Source: a virus (lineage: Duplodnaviria; Caudoviricetes). From it: 64,000 nt of DNA. The notes below the pieces were generated by a model, which had not been told where the DNA came from, searched no databases, and saw only the letters and a program-made list of their open reading frames with translations. The translations under genes and the position numbers were made by a program. Position 1 is the first letter of the stretch, and each line of letters begins with the position of its first letter. Location of the stretch: positions 8,688 through 72,687 of IMG/VR virus record IMGVR_UViG_3300021326_000217. One strand, 5' to 3'. Shown here piece after piece: positions 17,593 through 24,161 of this stretch.

Positions 17593-18060
17593 ATGGCAAA
17601 AAGAAAGTACATCGCATACGGGAGCAACCTCAATGTTCAGCAAATGAAATGGCGATGCCCACACGCAAAAATTATGGGAACGGGTGAACTTAAGGATTGG
17701 AGGCTTCTTTTCAAAGGAAGTAAAACGGGAGCATACCTTACCATAGAAAAGTGCGAAGGCTATAGCGTACCCTTTGCGGTATGGGAGGTCAACGCAACGG
17801 ACGAGGCGGCACTTGACCGCTACGAGGGATTTCCCACCTTCTATTACAAGCAGGAGCTTCCCTTCGAGTACACGGGTATAAGGACAGGCAGAACACACAA
17901 AACCAAAGGCTTCGTTTACATTATGCACGAGGACAGACCTATCGGAATTCCCTCAAAGCATTATGTTGAAGTATGCGCCACAGGTTATATGACCTTCGGT
18001 TTTAACTACGAGCGCATTCTTGAATCACTCCGCTACAGCGAGGAGGTGACGAAGGAATGA
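17593..18060 (+). CDS. Gamma-glutamylcyclotransferase-like (AIG2/GGCT) protein
   Basis: YIAYGSNL...ALDRYEGFP..Y; SD AAGGAG before ATG 17593. Confidence 0.88.
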   Translation: MAKRKYIAYGSNLNVQQMKWRCPHAKIMGTGELKDWRLLFKGSKTGAYLTIEKCEGYSVPFAVWEVNATDEAALDRYEGFPTFYYKQELPFEYTGIRTGRTHKTKGFVYIMHEDRPIGIPSKHYVEVCATGYMTFGFNYERILESLRYSEEVTKE

Positions 18061-18257
18061 AGAACGGAACACATCCCGAAACCGTATGCCCGAAATGCGG
18101 CATGGTTTATTATGAAGCACCTGCACTTTCAAGAACCGACAACAAAACACTCATCTGTCCCGATTGCGGCATCCGTGAAAGTTTGGCGGCATTCGGTCTT
18201 GGAGCGGAAGAGCAGGAACATATCATAAGAGCCATTCATGGCAGACACAAAGCGTAA
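18057..18257 (+). CDS. Small Zn-ribbon protein (CPKC...CPDC)
   Basis: ORF track; ATGA overlap with GGCT. Confidence 0.7.
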   Translation: MKNGTHPETVCPKCGMVYYEAPALSRTDNKTLICPDCGIRESLAAFGLGAEEQEHIIRAIHGRHKA

Positions 18258-18269
18258 GGAGGAGCGACA

Positions 18270-18572
18270 ATGACAAAAAATGAGTTATACGACCAAATCA
18301 CAGAACAGTATTATGAATTCATCGCAGGGCTGAAAAAGCAAACGGCTTCAGAGCTTATTAAAAACGCTGAGCTTATTGCAACGACCAAACAGTTATATAA
18401 GTTTATCAAACTTAACAAGCCGTTCAGCGATGATGACACTGAATACCTTTCCCGAATCAAACGACCGCTTATAGTACTTTCAGAAGTATACAACGAAATA
18501 AGCGGCATTGACTGTGAAGTGTTTGACCGCTTGATGTTTGAGGGCAAAGGTCATGGGCTGTTTGAAGAGTGA
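18270..18572 (+). CDS. Hypothetical protein
   Basis: ORF track; SD GGAGGAG. Confidence 0.7.
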   Translation: MTKNELYDQITEQYYEFIAGLKKQTASELIKNAELIATTKQLYKFIKLNKPFSDDDTEYLSRIKRPLIVLSEVYNEISGIDCEVFDRLMFEGKGHGLFEE

Positions 18573-18755
18573 AAACACCATTTCGGAACGAGCCGAAAGG
18601 CTCTGTTCCTCGTTATAAATCATACGTAATATACACAATTAACGCCCTCTATATTTGTGTAGTATATATCGCTGAAATGACTTGATATATATGCGATTCA
18701 GAGGTAATATGTGACTACCGAAAGGGAAAACAAACAAAAATTGGAGGAAACGAAA

Positions 18756-19022
18756 ATGACAGAATTCACAACCATTGAAAAACTTGACCTTGCGATGAGT
18801 CCATCCTACGATGCGCTTGTACGCTATAAGCACCACGTTTGCTTGGCATCACTTAATTACAAGGGTGAATATGAAGCCGAGATTTACGAGTTTGTTGACG
18901 AGCCTGAAACGGACGGCTTTTCAGAAATTGAATGCCGCCTCGCCATGACAGAAAAGGCAGACATCACATTCCATGACAGCGGCTCGGCAATCAAATGGTG
19001 CTTTGACAAGCTCGACAAATAA
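18756..19022 (+). CDS. Hypothetical cassette protein (88 aa, acidic)
   Basis: SD GGAGG before ATG 18756; follows repeat copy 3. Confidence 0.75.
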   Translation: MTEFTTIEKLDLAMSPSYDALVRYKHHVCLASLNYKGEYEAEIYEFVDEPETDGFSEIECRLAMTEKADITFHDSGSAIKWCFDKLDK

Positions 19023-19188
19023 GCCGCAACCAACGCCCTGCAAAGAGCCGCAAAAAGGCTCTTTTGCTCGTCATAATATACACAATAAAACCTCCGAATG
19101 TTTGTGTAATATATAGTGTCGAAATGACTTGATATAAGTGCGTTTTAGAGGTAATATGTACTCAACAAAAAACAAGGAGGGCAACACA

Positions 19189-19377
19189 ATGCTTAAACTT
19201 TACAAATTCTACGAACTCATTAACAGGAACGCACTGGTGACCTTGACCGAGGATACCTTGACAAAAACCTACTTTGAAGGAAGCGTTAAGGACATTCCCG
19301 ACAGTTTTGACGATTGGAACGTCACAGACTTTTGTGTTTCGGACGGCGGCGATTTTCTTTTCCACATTGCGAAATAA
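19189..19377 (+). CDS. Hypothetical cassette protein (62 aa)
   Basis: SD AAGGAGG before ATG 19189; follows repeat copy 4. Confidence 0.72.
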   Translation: MLKLYKFYELINRNALVTLTEDTLTKTYFEGSVKDIPDSFDDWNVTDFCVSDGGDFLFHIAK

Positions 19378-19390
19378 GGAGGACACGGAA

Positions 19391-19753
19391 ATGATGAGGA
19401 TTGAAGCATTTGAACAGGCAATCGAAAACAAGGTAAAGAGCTTAAAAGCGGTCGGAATCAACCACACACTGTTTTGGGCATACCGCACGAGCATCGAAGC
19501 GGAAAACGACCTGATTGATTTTGATGAGTGTATTTGGGAGGATGACATTGAGGAAATCGCAAACTTCCTGAAAGCAAACGGCATCATTGAATTCACGATT
19601 TCGAGCAACTTCTCAAGCCTGATACCTACCCTTGCCGAATTTGAAAAACACGGTTTCAAGATGGCAGGGCTTACAGAGGTCAACGCAAGGTACAAGGAAA
19701 TCTGTTCGGACAAACGGGCAAAGAAAAAAGCAATCCGAATGCTTAACTACTAA
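19391..19753 (+). CDS. Hypothetical cassette protein (DUF7698-like), paralogue of 19927..20280
   Basis: GINHTLFWAY...EFTISSNFSSLIPTLAEFEKHG; SD GGAGG. Confidence 0.75.
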   Translation: MMRIEAFEQAIENKVKSLKAVGINHTLFWAYRTSIEAENDLIDFDECIWEDDIEEIANFLKANGIIEFTISSNFSSLIPTLAEFEKHGFKMAGLTEVNARYKEICSDKRAKKKAIRMLNY

Positions 19754-19926
19754 AATCCCGTACCGAAGGAGCCGCAGGAGGCTCTTTTGGTCGTACAAAT
19801 ATACACAATGAAACCTCCGCATATTTGTGTAATATATGTCTCGGAAATGACTTGATATAAGTGCGATTCAGAGGTAATATGTACACAACAAAAGGGCAAA
19901 GCCCGAACAAAAAGGAGGAACCAGAA

Positions 19927-20280
19927 ATGGTAAAATTTTATTTAAACAAGGAGCTTTTTTCAGCGGACTACAGAGAAACGGGAATCAACCGCACAATGTT
20001 TTGGGCGGTGATGCACAGAAAGAAAACGGGCAACAAACTCCTTGATTTAAGCGAGGCAATCAACGACAACGAAATTCCAGAGCTTGTCGACACGCTCCTG
20101 CGTATGGAGGAAAAGCAATTCACGATTTCAAGCGGATTCAGCGGCTTGGTAAAAACCCTGAAGGAATTTGAAAAATACGGAGCCTACATTGTAAGCCTTA
20201 CGGAAGTAAACACACCTCACAAGGATTACAAAACAGGCGAGCGAGAGCGAATTCCTGCATTGCTTTTGGAACTCCGATAA
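19927..20280 (+). CDS. Hypothetical cassette protein (DUF7698-like), paralogue of 19391..19753
   Basis: GINRTMFWAV...QFTISSGFSGLVKTLKEFEKYG; SD GGAGG; follows repeat copy 5. Confidence 0.75.
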   Translation: MVKFYLNKELFSADYRETGINRTMFWAVMHRKKTGNKLLDLSEAINDNEIPELVDTLLRMEEKQFTISSGFSGLVKTLKEFEKYGAYIVSLTEVNTPHKDYKTGERERIPALLLELR

Positions 20281-20437
20281 AAGCCTTAAAAAAGCAAAGA
20301 ACCCAAGCGGTTCTTTTGCTCGTACAAGCGCATAATATACACAATGTGCTTGCTGAATATTTGTGTAGAAATGGTATTGATAAAATCCTAAAAATACGGT
20401 AATATGGGTACAACAAAAACGAAGGGAGTTACAAACA

Positions 20438-20653
20438 ATGTACGAAATTATTGTAAACAAGGATTCAATCAGAAGGCTTCAAAAGGACGGTGAATACCGC
20501 TTCCCAGGACTTACAAGAGCGCAGTCAAAACAGGCGGCTACCACCCTTGCCGAAGCAACCATGAGCGAGGACAGAAAGCACGGTATTCAAAGCAATTACG
20601 GCATTGCAAGGGATGCGTTTGGTTATTACTTTGCGGCGCAAATCAACGCCTAA
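20438..20653 (+). CDS. Hypothetical cassette protein (71 aa)
   Basis: ORF track; SD GGGAG; follows repeat copy 6. Confidence 0.7.
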   Translation: MYEIIVNKDSIRRLQKDGEYRFPGLTRAQSKQAATTLAEATMSEDRKHGIQSNYGIARDAFGYYFAAQINA

Positions 20654-20897
20654 AAACGGCAAACACGCCCCTTACAAAGCGAACTGAACGAGCCGAGAGG
20701 CTCTGTTCCTCTCTACTGCAAGACCGAACGGTCTATTTTTTATGATTTTCCGTGCCTGTAAAATGCTGTAATATACACAATTTCCTTTCCGAATATTTGT
20801 GTAGTATATGTCTCGAAAATGACTTGATATTTAGCGATTTTAGAGGTAATATGTACACAACAAAAGGGCAAAGCCCAGATTAAAGGAGGACACAAGA

Positions 20898-21104
20898 ATG
20901 TGTGATTTAACAAAGATTTCCGAGAGGACAAACAAACTTTACAACGAGCTTGCAAGGAAGGTTTATGGAACGGACGATGAATACCGCTATATGCTTGGGG
21001 TAAACGGAATTAACGAGGTCTGCTTCACAGACTGGCGCACACACGCCGAAATCAAAGGCAACAGGGCTATTCAGAAAGCAATCAAGGAAATCCTCGCAAA
21101 ATAA
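20898..21104 (+). CDS. Hypothetical cassette protein (68 aa)
   Basis: ORF track; SD GGAGG; follows repeat copy 7. Confidence 0.7.
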   Translation: MCDLTKISERTNKLYNELARKVYGTDDEYRYMLGVNGINEVCFTDWRTHAEIKGNRAIQKAIKEILAK

Positions 21105-21301
21105 AAAAACCCGAACACAACGGAGCGAGCCGAGAGGCTCTGTTCCTCTCTACAACAAGACCAATGGGTCTTTTTTTGTTGCTGTAATATACACAAATTA
21201 AGCCCTGTATATTTGTGTAGTATATGTCTCTGAAATGACTTGCTATTTATAGGTTTTAGAGGTAATATGTACACTACAAAAAAAGAAAGGGGCAAAAAGC
21301 C

Positions 21302-21481
21302 ATGACAAAGAAAGAACTTCAAAAACTCGTAAAAATCGTAAATGAGAACGTTGTAACAATGGAAAAGAGAGCAGACCTTGAAAGGCATTACAGCGATGAA
21401 TTGGACTTCTTCGATATTGCGGTTTGGGAGCTTAAAACGGTGCTTATCGCCGCATACGAGCTTGGCAAGAAAAGCAAATAA
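21302..21481 (+). CDS. Small cassette protein (59 aa, DUF6900-like)
   Basis: Own translation MTKKELQKLVKIVNENVVTMEKRADLERHYSDELDFFDIAVWELKTVLIAAYELGKKSK; follows repeat copy 8; not in the ORF track. Confidence 0.75.
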   Translation: MTKKELQKLVKIVNENVVTMEKRADLERHYSDELDFFDIAVWELKTVLIAAYELGKKSK

Positions 21482-21589
21482 AAAAAAACAACGACAACCG
21501 AAAACAACGGAACGAGCCGAAAGGCTCTGTTCCTCTCTATAGATCAGACCGAAAGGTCTATTTTTTATGCGTGGAAATGGGGTGATATT

Positions 21590-23191
21590 ATACGCAAGCT
21601 AAAAAATTACAAGCCTTCACGGTTTCTCGCTGAAGGCTCGGTGTATGATAAAACGGCGGCTGATTACGCCGTAGGCTTTATTGAATGCCTGTGCCATACC
21701 AAAGGCACATGGGCAGGAAAGCCGTTTGAACTGATTGATTGGCAGGAGCAAATCATACGGGATATTTTCGGAACGCTGAAACCTAACGGCTATCGTCAAT
21801 TCAACACGGCATATATTGAAATACCAAAGAAAATGGGAAAGAGCGAGCTTGCGGCGGCAGTCGCTCTTTTATTATGCTGTGGTGACGGCGAAGAACGAGC
21901 CGAGGTTTACGGATGCGCCGCCGACCGACAGCAAGCATCTATCGTTTTTGAGGTGGCGGCGGACATGGTGAAAATGTGTCCTGCACTTGCAAAGCGTGTC
22001 AAAATCCTCGCCTCGCAAAAGCGGCTCGTTTTCCTTCCGACCAACAGTTTCTATCAGGTGCTGTCTGCTGAAGCCTACTCAAAGCATGGCTTTAACATAC
22101 ACGGTGTTGTATTTGACGAGCTTCACACGCAACCGAACAGAAAGCTCTTTGATGTTATGACAAAGGGGTCAGGCGATGCGAGGATGCAACCCTTGTATTT
22201 CCTCATCACGACCGCAGGAACTGACACCCATTCCATCTGCTACGAAACACACCAAAAGGCAGTCGATATTCTTGAAGGCAGGAAAATCGACCCGACCTTT
22301 TATCCCGTGATTTACGGAGCAGACGAAAACGATGACTGGACAGACCCGAAGGTGTGGAAAAAGGCAAACCCCTCCCTCGGTATAACGGTTGGTATTGATA
22401 AGGTCGTGGCGGCTTGCGAATCGGCAAAACAAAACCCTGCGGAAGAAAACTCATTCAGACAGCTTCGATTAAACCAGTGGGTAAAGCAAGCTGTCAGGTG
22501 GATGCCGATGGAAAAATGGGACAAATGCTCGTTTGCAACCGATGAGGATGAACTGTACGGGCGTGTTTGCTACGGCGGACTTGACCTTTCCTCCACAACG
22601 GATATAACGGCATTCGTACTTGTTTTTCCACCCGTGGACGAAAGCGATAAATACATTATCCTTCCGTACTTTTGGATACCCGAAGATAACATTGACCTTC
22701 GAGTACGGCGTGACCATGTGCCGTATGACCTTTGGGAACGACAAGGGTATCTGCAAACTACCGAGGGAAATGTCGTGCATTACGGGTATATTGAGAAGTT
22801 TATCGAATCGCTTGGTGAGAAATTCAATATCCGTGAAATTGCCTTTGACCGTTGGGGTGCTGTGCAGATGGTGCAAAACCTCGAAGGTATGGGATTTACG
22901 GTCGTGCCATTCGGTCAGGGCTTTAAGGATATGTCACCACCGACCAAAGAGCTTATGAAGCTCGTGCTTGAGGAAAAGCTCGCACACGGCGGTCACCCTG
23001 TCCTTAGATGGATGATGGATAACATATATGTCCGCACCGACCCTGCAGGAAACATAAAACCCGATAAGGAAAAATCGACAGAAAAGATTGACGGCGCAGT
23101 GGCAACCGTAATGGCTCTCGACCGTGCCATTCGGTGCGGAAACGACACAACAGAGAGTGTATATGATGAGCGAGGTCTGTTATTCATTTAA
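21590..23191 (+). CDS. terL: Terminase large subunit
   Basis: Walker A IPKKMGKSE, VVFDELH, GGLDLSSTTD, KIDGAVA; start uncertain (ORF track GTG 21641; the in-frame IRKLKNYKPSRF extension suggests about 21590). Confidence 0.95.
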   Translation: MRKLKNYKPSRFLAEGSVYDKTAADYAVGFIECLCHTKGTWAGKPFELIDWQEQIIRDIFGTLKPNGYRQFNTAYIEIPKKMGKSELAAAVALLLCCGDGEERAEVYGCAADRQQASIVFEVAADMVKMCPALAKRVKILASQKRLVFLPTNSFYQVLSAEAYSKHGFNIHGVVFDELHTQPNRKLFDVMTKGSGDARMQPLYFLITTAGTDTHSICYETHQKAVDILEGRKIDPTFYPVIYGADENDDWTDPKVWKKANPSLGITVGIDKVVAACESAKQNPAEENSFRQLRLNQWVKQAVRWMPMEKWDKCSFATDEDELYGRVCYGGLDLSSTTDITAFVLVFPPVDESDKYIILPYFWIPEDNIDLRVRRDHVPYDLWERQGYLQTTEGNVVHYGYIEKFIESLGEKFNIREIAFDRWGAVQMVQNLEGMGFTVVPFGQGFKDMSPPTKELMKLVLEEKLAHGGHPVLRWMMDNIYVRTDPAGNIKPDKEKSTEKIDGAVATVMALDRAIRCGNDTTESVYDERGLLFI

Positions 23192-23318
23192 ATAATGACA
23201 ACAAGAACACCAGACCCACTATTCCTATAATGAGTGAAAAACATCCCCAATTGCCGTCTTCCTTACCCAACCGATAAGTAAGGTACAAAAGACCGAGGAA
23301 ACCCAAAAAGAAATCCAT
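23184..23318 (-). CDS. Small two-TM membrane protein (44 aa)
   Basis: Own translation MDFFLGFLGLLYLTYRLGKEDGNWGCFSLIIGIVGLVFLLSLFK; SD AGGAGG; not in the ORF track. Confidence 0.7.
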   Translation of the reverse strand: MDFFLGFLGLLYLTYRLGKEDGNWGCFSLIIGIVGLVFLLSLFK

Positions 23319-23333
23319 GTTAAAAAGCCTCCT

Positions 23334-23687
23334 TTACATTATTGAGCGCAATACACTCTGGAACGTTATGTCTATTCTTATGTTCCCGTTGGTAAGCGCA
23401 TATATATCAAAGTTGTCACATTCAGAAACAGCATCATAAAAGCTACTTGCATTCTGAATGATTAACTCTGATACCTCCGCTGAAATTGAGCCTAAGTTAA
23501 AGGTGGTATCAATTTGAACGGTGACTTCCGCATTGGTTGCGCTTTGATGTAAAAAGTTTTTGAGCGCATTTGCGGCTTTGATTAGTTTGGAATAGTTGTT
23601 TATATCAACTATTTTTAATGTGGATTTTTGCAATCCGTCAACAATTGCCATTAACTCGTCAATGCTGTTTTCATTGCTGTTATTCAT
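23334..23687 (-). CDS. Hypothetical protein (117 aa), reverse-strand insert
   Basis: ORF track; ATGA-coupled to the upstream gene. Confidence 0.7.
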   Translation of the reverse strand: MNNSNENSIDELMAIVDGLQKSTLKIVDINNYSKLIKAANALKNFLHQSATNAEVTVQIDTTFNLGSISAEVSELIIQNASSFYDAVSECDNFDIYALTNGNIRIDITFQSVLRSIM

Positions 23688-23941
23688 TGAGCATCACCTG
23701 TCCTTTCAAAATTTGGATAGCCGCCGTGAACTGAATGTCTGTGACCTTTTGTTGCAGGATAAAGGCGCATAATTGACCGTAAGCCCTCATACAAATCAGG
23801 ATACTTACGATTCTTTTTGCGACACTCTTTACACCGTTTGGGGAGTTTCATCCCATTATCGACCTTGTGGATGAACTCATCAAGTGAAATAGTAAACATA
23901 CACCCACACTGCTTACATTTTTCACGCCTTACTACAAACAT
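23684..23941 (-). CDS. Zinc-ribbon protein (85 aa; CKQC...PKRCKECR)
   Basis: SD GAAAGGAG before ATG 23941; CxxC...PKRCxxCR pattern. Confidence 0.78.
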   Translation of the reverse strand: MFVVRREKCKQCGCMFTISLDEFIHKVDNGMKLPKRCKECRKKNRKYPDLYEGLRSIMRLYPATKGHRHSVHGGYPNFERTGDAQ

Positions 23942-23959
23942 CTTAAACAACTCCTTTCT

Positions 23960-24120
23960 CTTATAACCGCAAAGGGGCAACCCTATCGGCGGTATGTTTT
24001 TCACTTATAACCGCAAAGGGGGGGCAAAATTGTCCGTGTGGTGTTCGGCGGTTTGCCTTACACCTATTACCGTAAAGGGGTTAAATTATTAAAACTTCTT
24101 TCAGTTATAACCATAACGGG
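23960..24120 (-). repeat. Four tandem degenerate 17-20 bp motifs (minus strand CCCCTTTGCGGTTATAAG-like)
   Basis: Copies at 23960-23977, 24004-24021, 24065-24080 and 24104-24120; the first two are identical over 18 nt. Confidence 0.75.
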
Positions 24121-24161
24121 TACTACATAAAAACAATTATTTTAAAGAGGTGAAATAACAC

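Larger units (their letters stand above)
15422..21268 (+). repeat. Eight dispersed ~90-bp promoter/operator repeats (starts about 15422, 16444, 18626, 19073, 19797, 20332, 20766, 21182)
   Basis: Consensus TAATATACACAA-N16-TTGTGTA(G/A)TATA-N-GAAATGACTTGATA-N17-TAATATGT; spacers counted for each copy; copy 1 is the most diverged. Confidence 0.92.
18585..21566 (+). terminator. Seven repeated hairpin/terminator modules closing cassettes (about 18585, 19041, 19766, 20293, 20686, 21124, 21509)
   Basis: GAACGAGCC-GA(A/G)A-GGCTCTGTTCCTC in four copies, three of them followed by AGACC-N4-GGTCT plus a T-run; the other three are GAGCC/GAACC...GG(C/T)TCTTTT variants. Confidence 0.75.

Noticed and set aside
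15422-21566. CRISPR array or mini-array interpretation of the dispersed repeats
   Set aside because: Intervening segments are hundreds to about 2000 bp and protein-coding; repeats are degenerate promoter sequences; no cas operon is present
15422-21566. Classical integron
   Set aside because: No tyrosine integrase (IntI) or attC-type sites, and each cassette carries its own promoter
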